Shown: positions 7,701 through 16,621 of the stretch, in pieces
How the letters are laid out: each line of letters starts with the position of its first letter
Numbering within the stretch: the stretch's first letter is position 1
Origin: a virus
Strand: one strand, 5' to 3'
Length of the DNA stretch: 38,163 bases
Virus record (IMG/VR): IMGVR_UViG_3300045988_182321
Location: 1-38,163 of that record
The notes under the pieces: model-generated
The model's database searches: none
What the model was told of the DNA's origin: nothing
The model's input: only the letters and a program-made list of their open reading frames with translations
Position numbers and translations under genes: made by a program

Positions 7701-7942
7701 AAGAAGTTGCTCCTACTTACGAAGAATTTTACAATGCAGTAAAAAAATATTTTTGGAGCGGGTGGAAGAAACTTTCCGAAAAGGAAGTTGATGACTATTT
7801 GCATTCGGAAGAAGCACAAGAAGAAATCAATGACAGATATAACGAAAAACTAAATAAATTCAAAAAAGGGATAATCAGCCGTAAAGTGTTTATGATAGGT
7901 GGCGCAAGCGCGGTTGGGAATTGTCTGATACTGATGTACTAA
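7697..7942 (+). CDS. Hypothetical protein (81 aa)
   Basis: AGGAGG SD, ATGA overlap. Confidence 0.6.
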   Translation: MKEVAPTYEEFYNAVKKYFWSGWKKLSEKEVDDYLHSEEAQEEINDRYNEKLNKFKKGIISRKVFMIGGASAVGNCLILMY

Positions 7943-7955
7943 GGAGAAAAAGGGA

Positions 7956-8105
7956 ATGAAAACATACTATGTATACGATTTTCAGACGGATGAGTTTCTT
8001 TGCGAGGTGCGTGCTTGGTCGGTGGTAGACGCCGAAATAAGAGCGTGCAAACAATTAAACAAAGGAAGCGACGATGTTTATGCGTTCACGGAGAAATTAG
8101 ACTAA
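7956..8105 (+). CDS. Hypothetical small protein (49 aa; below the ORF-track cutoff)
   Basis: AAGGAGAAAAAGGGA then ATG. Translated by hand as MKTYYVYDFQTDEFLCEVRAW...TEKLD. Followed by a terminator. Confidence 0.5.
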   Translation: MKTYYVYDFQTDEFLCEVRAWSVVDAEIRACKQLNKGSDDVYAFTEKLD

Positions 8106-8114
8106 CACAACCAT

Positions 8115-8145
8115 AAAGGAGCAGACAAAAAAATCTGCTCCTTTT
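8115..8145. terminator. Bidirectional rho-independent terminator between convergent genes
   Basis: AAAGGAGCAGA-caaaaaaa-TCTGCTCCTTTT: 11-bp perfect stem. Confidence 0.85.
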
Positions 8146-8149
8146 AATA

Positions 8150-8317
8150 TTACTTTTGCAAAGATTTAAGATACTGTTCAATTAGAAAGAGAATATATTC
8201 GGGCGGCTTGCGAATACCTTGTTCCCAATGACGGATTGTTCCCGCCGGGATATGTACAAGCGCGGCGAATTTGTCTTGACTAAGCCCGGTGCTTTCACGT
8301 AGTTGTTTAATGGTCAT
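8150..8317 (-). CDS. Mini XRE-family HTH protein (55 aa); Aca-like or antitoxin-like regulator
   Basis: Internal ATG of track ORF 8150-8539. MTIKQLRESTGLSQDKFAALVHIPAGTIRHWEQGIRKP is a canonical XRE HTH. Starts 5 nt after the stop of the upstream ORF. Confidence 0.75.
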   Translation of the reverse strand: MTIKQLRESTGLSQDKFAALVHIPAGTIRHWEQGIRKPPEYILFLIEQYLKSLQK

Positions 8318-8321
8318 AGCT

Positions 8322-8600
8322 TTATACCGATTGAATGAACTTATCGCCTTGTGCTTCTGCAACGGTGTTATATTCGGCGATGTCGCATATAGTGTCTGAT
8401 TGCTCATCTTCATCAAGCTCATTCCAATTTTCAGGAACTTCATATTCGCGAATTTCAACCTTACAGTCGAAATCGCCTTTGGGTATATAATCGGCGTAGA
8501 AGTTAAACGATTCTTTCGCTTTTTCAAGATTTGTACCATTGTACTTTACCCATTCATCATAAGTGCCTGTTCTCATTTCAACAACTTCATAATACTTCAT
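8322..8600 (-). CDS. Small strongly acidic protein (92 aa; about 23 D/E vs 9 K/R); anti-defence candidate
   Basis: GAGGAG SD 6 nt upstream of the ATG, downstream of a consensus promoter. No family recognised. Confidence 0.7.
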   Translation of the reverse strand: MKYYEVVEMRTGTYDEWVKYNGTNLEKAKESFNFYADYIPKGDFDCKVEIREYEVPENWNELDEDEQSDTICDIAEYNTVAEAQGDKFIQSV

Positions 8601-8648
8601 AAATTACTCCTCGGACGATTTATTCGTCCTTTTTGTTTATTTGTCTAT

Positions 8649-8678
8649 ATTATATACCATTGGAATATATTTGTCAAG
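8649..8678 (-). promoter_or_regulatory. Consensus promoter TTGACA-18-TATAAT on the minus strand
   Basis: Reverse complement reads ttgaca aatatattccaatggtat ataat-type, with TTGACA at 8678-8673 and TATAAT at 8654-8649. A GGACGA-N5-TCGTCC inverted repeat (8613-8629) lies between the promoter and the SD. Confidence 0.7.
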
Positions 8679-8716
8679 CATTTTTTAATAAAAATCTAAA
8701 AAAATTTAAAAAATAA

Positions 8717-8745
8717 AACAATCTCAAAAAAGAGGTTGTTTTTTT
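8717..8745. terminator. Hairpin with flanking A/T tracts (bidirectional terminator/insulator)
   Basis: AACAATCTC-aaaaaa-GAGGTTGTT followed by a T-tract: 9-bp stem with one G-T pair. Confidence 0.55.
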
Positions 8746-8759
8746 ATTTGGAGAAGCCT

Positions 8760-9407
8760 ATGGATGAATTTAAGAAAGTCGGCTTAATGGACGGAGCGGG
8801 CGAAAGTGAAGAAACGCACGAAACCGCGAATAAGTACCGTTTGCCGTTTGCGTTATGCGAACAAAAGGGAATAGCCACACAAAAAGGCTGGACACCTCGT
8901 GACGCGTGGGAGGCTTTGAAGAACGCCGGGCATATCGGAGAAGTAGAAAAGGAATACAAAGAGTTTTACGACAATTTGAAGAAAGACAAGACAACCGATA
9001 CGCAACCGGACAAGCAACCTCAAAAGGAAGCGGTACAAAACGAAGCACCGAAGAAAGAAACAATGTATTCAGTAGTTCAAAACAATGAAACTCATGCAAG
9101 AATACACAAAGATAAATGGAAAGCCGTAAAACCGTACAGCTTAAAAGAAGTGTGGGTCAATCCGTCTAAATACGGTATTGGCTATTACTTTACGGCAGAT
9201 ATCAACGGCAAACGCTTTTTTGTATCAATAGACAATAAAACCGCAAACGACCGGCATTGGTACGATATACAAGAAACAAAAGGCGGAGCTTTCAAAATCA
9301 ACGCAAACGGCTATTTGTATCTTGATGACAAAGGTTATGCAAGATACGCAATCAAAGACTTAACAGAGTATGAGCAATTAACTCATAAATACGTTTATAA
9401 GGAGTAA
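8760..9407 (+). CDS. Hypothetical protein sharing the N-terminal GLMDGxGES motif with ORF 6936 (215 aa)
   Basis: GGAG SD at 8751-8754. ATG 8760 preferred over track TTG 8736. Confidence 0.65.
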   Translation: MDEFKKVGLMDGAGESEETHETANKYRLPFALCEQKGIATQKGWTPRDAWEALKNAGHIGEVEKEYKEFYDNLKKDKTTDTQPDKQPQKEAVQNEAPKKETMYSVVQNNETHARIHKDKWKAVKPYSLKEVWVNPSKYGIGYYFTADINGKRFFVSIDNKTANDRHWYDIQETKGGAFKINANGYLYLDDKGYARYAIKDLTEYEQLTHKYVYKE

Positions 9408-9413
9408 AAAATT

Positions 9414-9734
9414 ATGGTAACAAATTTAACACGCGAAGATATGGAATGCATGATGAGTGCAAACCCGAGTATGCGAGAGCCGGAAGAAGAGTTAAAGGAG
9501 AAAGTCTATCCAAATACAGCGAAAGAGCGCGTAGAGCAAGAGTTAGACGAGTTACACGAAAAGATACTTAAATTGACTTGCTTTCTATACGGCAGAAAGA
9601 TACCGGAACGCGTCGTAACGCCTGAAATGCGAGAACTTATGAAACAACAGCTCAAACATATGCAAGCGTATGCAGGAACGCTTCAAGACCGTTTAATTAT
9701 ATGGGATTTATACAAGAACGAAGATAAGGAGTGA
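9414..9734 (+). CDS. Hypothetical helical protein (106 aa)
   Basis: AAGGAG SD. Confidence 0.65.
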   Translation: MVTNLTREDMECMMSANPSMREPEEELKEKVYPNTAKERVEQELDELHEKILKLTCFLYGRKIPERVVTPEMRELMKQQLKHMQAYAGTLQDRLIIWDLYKNEDKE

Positions 9735-9738
9735 GATT

Positions 9739-10197
9739 ATGTCTAAAAAGAAAAATTCAGAGCCGAAGGAGCGGTACAGAGCCGAATGGTTGGGACAGCC
9801 ATTAAGCACAGAAGTAGCACGAGAAAGAGGCTCAAAGGGCGGTATTGCTTCGGTAAAGGTTCGTAAAGAGAAAAAAACGCTAAGAGAAACGATGAAATTG
9901 CTTCTTAAAGAGCAGTTCAAATTCAACAATCCCGTAACGGACGAGTTCACAAGCGGTGACGGCTATGCGATGTGGTGTGCGCAAGTAACAGCGGGAGCTT
10001 TGAAAGGCGACAGAAAGTGCCTTGAATACCTGCGTGATATTATCGGGGAGAATCCGTCCACCAAAGTTGTTGGTGCGGAAGAAGAGCCGCTCCGTAAGGT
10101 GGAAATAGAGTTTGTAGACAAGAGCAAGCGTTCTAAAACGGAAAGCGACCCGAAAATAGTCGGAGAGCAAAGTCCGACCGTCAGCGATGAAAGTTGA
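9739..10197 (+). CDS. Putative terminase small subunit (152 aa)
   Basis: Lies immediately upstream of, and overlaps, the large terminase. Basic N-terminal RGSKGGIASVKVRKEKKTLRE segment is typical of small DNA-binding packaging proteins. Confidence 0.45.
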   Translation: MSKKKNSEPKERYRAEWLGQPLSTEVARERGSKGGIASVKVRKEKKTLRETMKLLLKEQFKFNNPVTDEFTSGDGYAMWCAQVTAGALKGDRKCLEYLRDIIGENPSTKVVGAEEEPLRKVEIEFVDKSKRSKTESDPKIVGEQSPTVSDES

Positions 10198-11623
10198 GAT
10201 TGCGGACGTATATGAACCTGCGTTCGATATGTCCACGCCGAAATGTTGCAAAAACTTATGGTATGCGCCGAGAGCGTGCGGCAAATCGTCGGCGTTAGGT
10301 CGTATCTTATGGCTGTATTATATTAACTTTCCCGATTATGACGTGGCAATAGGCGTAGACAGTCTTACAAACGCGGGCGATGGCGTATTGAGCGAGTTTC
10401 AGTCTTTCCTTGAAAGCGAGAACCTTGCGGACGATTGGATATTCAGTGCCAAATCGTGCTATATGAAAGGTGCGCGCAATCAGATACGCTCGTATGCTGT
10501 TCAGACGAATAAGTTAGACAACGTGAACGCAACGAAGTCGAAGAAACTCATACGTCCTGTTTCGTTGTTCGTAATGGACGAAGTACAGAAGTTACACAAC
10601 AAGGGCATTTTGGATAACTGTTTATCCACGTTCTTGCGACAGATGAAAGCAGGGCATAGCAAGGTTATCCTCGCAGGGAACCCCGACCGTGCGGCGATGT
10701 GGTTTGATGACTACTACAAAGTCAAGTCGGAAGATGACGAGTGGACGGTTATAAAACCGACATATCTCGATATCATAGCGTGGCTTCCCGACGCGCTCAT
10801 ACACGAAATCGAGATGATGAGAAAAACCGACCCCGTGTCGTACGCTCAAATATACTTAGGCGACCTCGATGTGGCAGGTTGGGAACAAACGTTCCATTCG
10901 TTTATCGAAAGAGAACATTATATACCGAGAGAAGAGTTGCTTGCCGCTCCGCAAAAAACGGGCGATATGCTTCACTCTATCGTTATCGGCATAGACGACG
11001 CGGAAAGTAAGGACGCAGTAGCGGGCGAATCCGTTATGGTGCAAAGAAACGGAATGATGAAAGTCAACGAGGGATTGTATATCTCTTGCAAGGAATTGCC
11101 CGTAAAGCCTGCATTAACGGAGCGGTGCGCTATCGTAGCGGAATATCTCGACTATATACAAGCGCACTTCAACCCCGAACGTGCTATACCGATAATAATG
11201 GTGTTCGACTGCGCGAGCGGTATGTATAGACAAATGGCGGTTATGAAACGAACAGACCGCAATTTTATGCGTTGGAGAAACGTGTTATTAAAGCCTTACA
11301 CAACCAAAGGCGAGAAAGAGGAACAATTGGACGAAGTAAACACGGCGTTTGCGAACGGGATATTGCAAGTCGTGAACGTAGACAGGTATTCGCCGAAATA
11401 TTCAAACGCTATGCTTGTCAAACAGATAAAAGCGTTGCGGTACTTGGATAACAAGAAGATAGACCCGACCATTCCGAACGACTGCACGGACGCATTACAG
11501 TACGCTGTTATGACAGTGCTTGCGAACCCGTATCGTTTGTCGTTCCCGGAAAGACGCGCTATTTACGACGCGGACAACGGAGCGGAAGCGTTCCTCGAAA
11601 AACTGAAATATGGAGAACTGTAA
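10187..11623 (+). CDS. terL: Terminase large subunit (478 aa)
   Basis: Walker A-like APRACGKSS near the N-terminus, Walker B-like SLFVMDE, size and position. Confidence 0.85.
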   Translation: MKVEIADVYEPAFDMSTPKCCKNLWYAPRACGKSSALGRILWLYYINFPDYDVAIGVDSLTNAGDGVLSEFQSFLESENLADDWIFSAKSCYMKGARNQIRSYAVQTNKLDNVNATKSKKLIRPVSLFVMDEVQKLHNKGILDNCLSTFLRQMKAGHSKVILAGNPDRAAMWFDDYYKVKSEDDEWTVIKPTYLDIIAWLPDALIHEIEMMRKTDPVSYAQIYLGDLDVAGWEQTFHSFIEREHYIPREELLAAPQKTGDMLHSIVIGIDDAESKDAVAGESVMVQRNGMMKVNEGLYISCKELPVKPALTERCAIVAEYLDYIQAHFNPERAIPIIMVFDCASGMYRQMAVMKRTDRNFMRWRNVLLKPYTTKGEKEEQLDEVNTAFANGILQVVNVDRYSPKYSNAMLVKQIKALRYLDNKKIDPTIPNDCTDALQYAVMTVLANPYRLSFPERRAIYDADNGAEAFLEKLKYGEL

Positions 11624-11976
11624 TGAGATTAAGAGAGTTTTTAAACGGCGACATAGCATACACGCGTGCGGAGAAAGAGATACGCGAATGGGTAGAAAAA
11701 GCATACCCGGGAATAAGCATAGAGTTCTATCCGCATTTGGAGCTTGTGCGAACGAATAAGCGTGCTATATCTGAAAGACGTTGCAGAAAGATAACCGAAG
11801 TGGTCAATATCAAGATAGGTGAGATATTGGAGAAACACTCGGAAGAAATCTATATCGGGGAGCGGTTAGACCGTATCTGGAAGAAACACCCCGAGTTTGA
11901 CGCGGAAGTCGAGAGTATAGACGACATAAAGAAAAACCCGCTCTTTCTCTCGTACCTGAAAGAGTTGATAATCTGA
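11623..11976 (+). CDS. Hypothetical protein (117 aa)
   Basis: TAATG stop-start overlap with the terminase. Confidence 0.6.
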   Translation: MRLREFLNGDIAYTRAEKEIREWVEKAYPGISIEFYPHLELVRTNKRAISERRCRKITEVVNIKIGEILEKHSEEIYIGERLDRIWKKHPEFDAEVESIDDIKKNPLFLSYLKELII

Positions 11977-11983
11977 GGTGCTT

Positions 11984-13684
11984 ATGGAAATTATAGACGA
12001 TAAAAATTTTATGCCGCTTGGAGTTGGGAGCGAACTATCCGCAGACAGTTTCAAGGTCGTGCAGTATTCAAACACGTACCTGCTTGCCGCTCCGCGTTAT
12101 TACACTTTTTACGCTTCGTATATTAAGCCGCTTGTCGGAATGTATACGGGCTGGATAGAGGGTTTCCACAATCTCGAATACGGCGTTATACCGACAAAAT
12201 TCTTGCAGAAGATAGGCAACGGAATAAAGAGCCTTTTGTTCTCGAATCCCGTCGTGCTTAACTCGTACAATCCCGACACGAACAACATAATCGATACGAA
12301 GTTCAAGAAAAAGAGCAATTTCGACAATGCAAAAGTCGAAGCGTACGATTTCTGCGAGGCAGGCGGTACGGGACTGTTAAAGCTCAATCGCGACGGTAAC
12401 GGTGATTTGCGATTTGAAGCAATACCAATGGACAAGTTCTTCATCGAAGTAGACGGCTACGGAGATATAGAGCGCGTTAAGTGCTTTATAGCGACTTATC
12501 ACGACACTGAATCGGCGACGACAGAGTATCACTTATGCGAGGAGCGGTTCTTCAAGTATACGACCATAGCAGGCGTTAAAAAGCGTTTCCCAATGGTGCA
12601 TTATACGGTTTATCAGACCACGACGAATATTACATACGACGCTGTTCCGACAGACCCCGTGCGTTGGGCAAACGTTCCGGGCGAAGTGCGTAACATCCTT
12701 AAACGCGATTACGGCGACATAACGCTCGATACCGATGACGCATACACGATGACGAATGATTCGTCAAGGCAGTACGCAACAATGTGGCAGAATTGCACGC
12801 TGTTGCCGTTCGACGACGATTTAGGCGTAAGGCTGATAAAATTCACTCGTAATATTCCGTCTTTTCCGAAAATGCCGTTCGGTATGCCGCTTGCGGACTT
12901 TCTGCAAAACGAACTGTATCAGTACGAGCAGTTAAAATTCTTCGAGCGTGTGGAAGTATATACGGCACGCGCAAGGGTAATGATGGACGACTGCAACAGC
13001 AATCCGAACGACCCCGAAGAAAGACGGCGTGCGCTTGACCCGATAATCTTCAATTACTACGAGAATTTACTTAACGGCGAGAAAGACGGCAAGCCGCTCC
13101 CGATACAGCCCGAACTACGAGCGGACGAGATAAAAACGCAAAAACAGAATATTTTGAACGACACGGCGGCGGCACTCGGGTTATCGAGTACTACGATAGC
13201 AAGTTGGCTATCCGACGGCACGACACAGAAATCCGCTACGGAAATCAAAGCGGGACGAAGCAACACCGAAACGTTCATCAAAGACAAGATAGGTATCATA
13301 TCACAGCCCTTGCAGGACTTGATTGATATCTATTTTCATTATTACGGGGTCGAGGCTCCCGAAATGCGCATTATGCCCGTAAGCCAAGAGATACAGGCGG
13401 AAGAGATACAGCAGTACGCAGAATTGTACGACGGCGGAAAGGTAACCGCTCGTATGCTTGCCGAAAAGATACTCGGCACTAACTCGTACAGGGAAACAAA
13501 AGACCTCGAAGAATTTATTATTTCTCACAGTAACAAAGCGCAAATGCCAATGGGCGGCGGTTTACCGCAAGAGAGCGGAGCGGCGGAGAACCCAAAACCG
13601 ACGACCCAAAACACAAATGCGACGTTAAATAAAACAGCACAAGGAGGGCTGGCTAATGGCACTGATAAAATCAATGTTGGATAA
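11984..13684 (+). CDS. Putative portal protein (566 aa)
   Basis: Size and position between the terminase and the scaffold. GAGG SD upstream. No motif verified. Confidence 0.6.
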   Translation: MEIIDDKNFMPLGVGSELSADSFKVVQYSNTYLLAAPRYYTFYASYIKPLVGMYTGWIEGFHNLEYGVIPTKFLQKIGNGIKSLLFSNPVVLNSYNPDTNNIIDTKFKKKSNFDNAKVEAYDFCEAGGTGLLKLNRDGNGDLRFEAIPMDKFFIEVDGYGDIERVKCFIATYHDTESATTEYHLCEERFFKYTTIAGVKKRFPMVHYTVYQTTTNITYDAVPTDPVRWANVPGEVRNILKRDYGDITLDTDDAYTMTNDSSRQYATMWQNCTLLPFDDDLGVRLIKFTRNIPSFPKMPFGMPLADFLQNELYQYEQLKFFERVEVYTARARVMMDDCNSNPNDPEERRRALDPIIFNYYENLLNGEKDGKPLPIQPELRADEIKTQKQNILNDTAAALGLSSTTIASWLSDGTTQKSATEIKAGRSNTETFIKDKIGIISQPLQDLIDIYFHYYGVEAPEMRIMPVSQEIQAEEIQQYAELYDGGKVTARMLAEKILGTNSYRETKDLEEFIISHSNKAQMPMGGGLPQESGAAENPKPTTQNTNATLNKTAQGGLANGTDKINVG

Positions 13685-14393
13685 ATTGATTGCCGAACTG
13701 AAAAAAGCACCTCCCGAGGTAAAGAGCGAACTTAAAAGCGCACTCGGCGAGGAAACCGTAACCGCTCCCGAAGTTAAGGAAGAACCTGAAAACAAGGTCG
13801 CAGACCCCGTACAGGAAACGGAAGTCAAGGACGAAGTTAAGGAAGAAGCCGAAACGGACGGAAACGGCGAAAACAGCGCAGAAAAGGAAGTTGCAACCGA
13901 CGAAACGCAAGCAACCGAGGAAACGACCGCAGAAGAAGAAACGCCCGAAAATGGCGAAAATACGGAGCCTGAGGAAGAAACCGAAGAAGTTACCGAAGAA
14001 GAGGAAACCGAAGAGGTCGGAACGGAAGCTCCCGAAACGGAAGAAGAACCGGTTATGCAGAAAGGCGTTGAAGCGGACGAGGGCGACGACACGGGCGACG
14101 GAGAAACCGAAGCGATAGCGGAAACCCCTCCCGAAGAAACCGAAGAAACCGAAGAGGTCGAGGGCGACATTCCCGAAATGCGCAACGAACCTGCCGTAGA
14201 AGAATCGGACATGCCTGCCGATTACGAGGCTATTATTGACGGCTTGAACGCAAAAATACTTGCGTTACAGGCTGAAAATCAGAAGTTAAAGGCAAAAACC
14301 GAGGGTGCGTTCGGGTATTCGTCCAAAATCGGCGGAGCGGTTAAACATAACTGCCTGTATGACGATTGCGACGGATTGAAAATGCACAAATAA
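13656..14393 (+). CDS. Putative scaffolding protein: extremely acidic E/T-rich with C-terminal coiled coil (245 aa)
   Basis: AGGAGGG SD, position directly upstream of the capsid gene. LNAKILALQAENQKLKAK heptads. Confidence 0.6.
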   Translation: MALIKSMLDKLIAELKKAPPEVKSELKSALGEETVTAPEVKEEPENKVADPVQETEVKDEVKEEAETDGNGENSAEKEVATDETQATEETTAEEETPENGENTEPEEETEEVTEEEETEEVGTEAPETEEEPVMQKGVEADEGDDTGDGETEAIAETPPEETEETEEVEGDIPEMRNEPAVEESDMPADYEAIIDGLNAKILALQAENQKLKAKTEGAFGYSSKIGGAVKHNCLYDDCDGLKMHK

Positions 14394-14414
14394 TTTTTCA
14401 GGAGAATAAAAAAT

Positions 14415-15692
14415 ATGTCACTTTTTAACCTTAGCAACCAGCAAGTATCGAGAAAGACTTCTAAAACCGTTTACAAGAATCTGTATCAGGATATCACCCA
14501 CAAGGACGGATTCGGTATTACCGACAGATTTATTACCCCCGACCAGACCAAAGCCGCAATGATTGATATTTTCGTCCCGATTCCTATCGGCGGCAGATTC
14601 CGTATGCGCGGCGCAAGCTCCAACGGCGAATGGGCTAACACCAACAACGCGCCCAATGAAAACAAACAGCGCAATCACGTTCTGTCAAGACGTTTCACTA
14701 TCGATATCCTCAAAAGATACGACTTCAACATTGCCGTTTCCGAGGATGAAATCGAAATGACCGGAGCGGCGAGCCTCGACGAATCGTTCGAGCAGATTTG
14801 CCGTGAACAGATTGAACAGGATATCGCTATCAACGTAAACGGTTATACGTTCGCGGCACAGCTGTTTGCGTTCTTCACCGAATCGTTCGCGGCGGCTTAT
14901 GCAAAAGGCTCTTCGGCGGCGGCGACGGATATTACCGATGCAGAAGTCAAAGCGGCACTCGAAAAGTACACTTACGATTCGACCAACAGAACGGGCGCAA
15001 TCCGTGCGTTCAAGATTTCCAACGCAAAAGTAAGCAAAGGCGACAGCAAACTGTACGCCGACTACTTCCCGGCAGACGCAAGACAGGCGTTCCTGTTCGA
15101 CCCGATTTACCTTGTAGACCTTTCCGAAACCGCTTCGATGTCTGCTTCCGACGTTGCAACCCGTATGCTTGCAGGCGGCGGAATGAACGCGTTCACTTCC
15201 GAGAAAAAGACCGTTGCGGACTTCCAGAAAGGCTATGTCGGTTGGCTCGACGGTATGCCTCTGTACGAAGTAAGCCAGCAGGTCAAAAATGCCACTTGGT
15301 ATTACTTGGGACTTGACGCGACCGATGACGCAACCGTTATAGGATATCTCAACGATATTCAGGCGATGATTGCGCCTGCAAACGCAACCATTCGCGGACT
15401 GCGTCCCACTTCGTTCAAAACCGTAGACGACCCCGATACTCAGGGCGTCATTATTCAGCCTAAGGTCAATATGGGCGTTCGTTGCCTTTCCGGTACCGCT
15501 CTTAAATGCGTCGTGTCCGGTACCGAGTGGACGGGTGCCACTTCCAACGTGGACAACGCAAAAACCACTATCGTTGCTATTCTCAAAGCAATCAATATGG
15601 TTCTGCCCAACCTCTCGTACGACAACGACAACAAGGTCGCACAGGCTTCCACTTTGACCTCTAAGGCAGACGGAACTCAGACCCTTGCGTAA
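14415..15692 (+). CDS. Putative major capsid protein (425 aa)
   Basis: AGGAGA SD, follows the scaffold, size typical, followed by stem-loops. Confidence 0.65.
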   Translation: MSLFNLSNQQVSRKTSKTVYKNLYQDITHKDGFGITDRFITPDQTKAAMIDIFVPIPIGGRFRMRGASSNGEWANTNNAPNENKQRNHVLSRRFTIDILKRYDFNIAVSEDEIEMTGAASLDESFEQICREQIEQDIAINVNGYTFAAQLFAFFTESFAAAYAKGSSAAATDITDAEVKAALEKYTYDSTNRTGAIRAFKISNAKVSKGDSKLYADYFPADARQAFLFDPIYLVDLSETASMSASDVATRMLAGGGMNAFTSEKKTVADFQKGYVGWLDGMPLYEVSQQVKNATWYYLGLDATDDATVIGYLNDIQAMIAPANATIRGLRPTSFKTVDDPDTQGVIIQPKVNMGVRCLSGTALKCVVSGTEWTGATSNVDNAKTTIVAILKAINMVLPNLSYDNDNKVAQASTLTSKADGTQTLA

Positions 15693-16038
15693 GTTAAACC
15701 TTTTCGGAGAAGATACAAGTCGGCTCGTCGGTGTGCTTTACGGGCATAACGGGAGCGGGAAAGTCTATAACTATTTAGGCAAAGAAACGCTCAGAACGGG
15801 CGACTTGGTTACTCCGGAAGTTACTCACCCGGTATCGGGTAAGACTTACAAAACGCTCGGCAGAATAGTGTACACGCGCGACGCGAACGGTGCGCCTGCC
15901 GAACAAACACTCGACAAATTATCCGACGAATTTGTTATGCTTAAAACATTAGGTTCGACCGACCAGCGGTCACTGCCCGGCTACTACCCCGGGTGGGGAG
16001 ATGACACAATGCACAAGCTTAACACGTTCGGCGAGTAA
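15685..16038 (+). CDS. Hypothetical head-associated protein (117 aa); start uncertain
   Basis: Only a TTG start, 5 nt before the capsid stop, with no SD. KLN-x-FGE occurs at both termini. Confidence 0.4.
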   Translation: MRKLNLFGEDTSRLVGVLYGHNGSGKVYNYLGKETLRTGDLVTPEVTHPVSGKTYKTLGRIVYTRDANGAPAEQTLDKLSDEFVMLKTLGSTDQRSLPGYYPGWGDDTMHKLNTFGE

Positions 16039-16064
16039 TTACTCTCCATTTTCCCCTATTAAAG

Positions 16065-16095
16065 GAGCGGCGGTTTCCCTCAATTCCCGTCGCTC
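16065..16095 (+). promoter_or_regulatory. Stem-loop downstream of the capsid region
   Basis: GAGCGGCGG-N13-CCGTCGCTC: 9 bp with one G-T pair, no U-tract. A second 6-bp hairpin lies at 16093-16110. Confidence 0.4.
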
Positions 16096-16158
16096 TTATG
16101 CCGTTAAGAGTATAGCCGTGCAACTCGGCAAAACGGCAACAACACACGGAGGTTTATT

Positions 16159-16620
16159 ATGTTAGATACTACATATCCGCTCAGCGACGACGCAATGGTG
16201 TACGACTACACCAAACACAGATACATACTCACGCCGCAGTACGTTCTTAACAATCTCGGCATAGACTTATACGAGAAAATGGGCGGCAAACGTACGGTCA
16301 ACACAACTACGGCTATAAACGTGCTTTTGGACAACCGAATTTCTTTCAAGATTTATTCGGCAATATACGCTCATCAGGACAAGCAACTTATGGAGTATAT
16401 CCTTGCAAAAAGTCCGTCGGCGCGTAAAGTCCTGCTCGAAGCAATGAGCAATCAACTTCTTGACCTTGTAACTTACGGCGAAAAAGAGAAAGAGCAGGTT
16501 TCCCAAACCACTTATAACGCGCTTTTACAGCCGATAGACGAAACGGGCAAGTCGGTGCTTTACCGCATATATCGCGGATTCTTGACCTATATTCCGACTT
16601 ACGAAGTGGGGCATTACTGA
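16159..16620 (+). CDS. Hypothetical virion protein (153 aa)
   Basis: GGAGG SD, position in the head-tail joining region. Confidence 0.65.
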   Translation: MLDTTYPLSDDAMVYDYTKHRYILTPQYVLNNLGIDLYEKMGGKRTVNTTTAINVLLDNRISFKIYSAIYAHQDKQLMEYILAKSPSARKVLLEAMSNQLLDLVTYGEKEKEQVSQTTYNALLQPIDETGKSVLYRIYRGFLTYIPTYEVGHY

Positions 16621-16621
16621 T

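Noticed and set aside
13625-14212. 195-aa Ser-rich minus-strand ORF and 75-aa Lys/Arg-rich alternative-frame ORF (13891-14118)
   Set aside because: Both are shadow frames of the GAA/ACC-rich acidic scaffold gene. They are low-complexity and lack translation signals.
13656-14393. Acidic E/T-rich protein as a DNA mimic or anti-restriction factor
   Set aside because: Its position between portal and capsid, and its C-terminal coiled coil, fit a scaffolding protein better.
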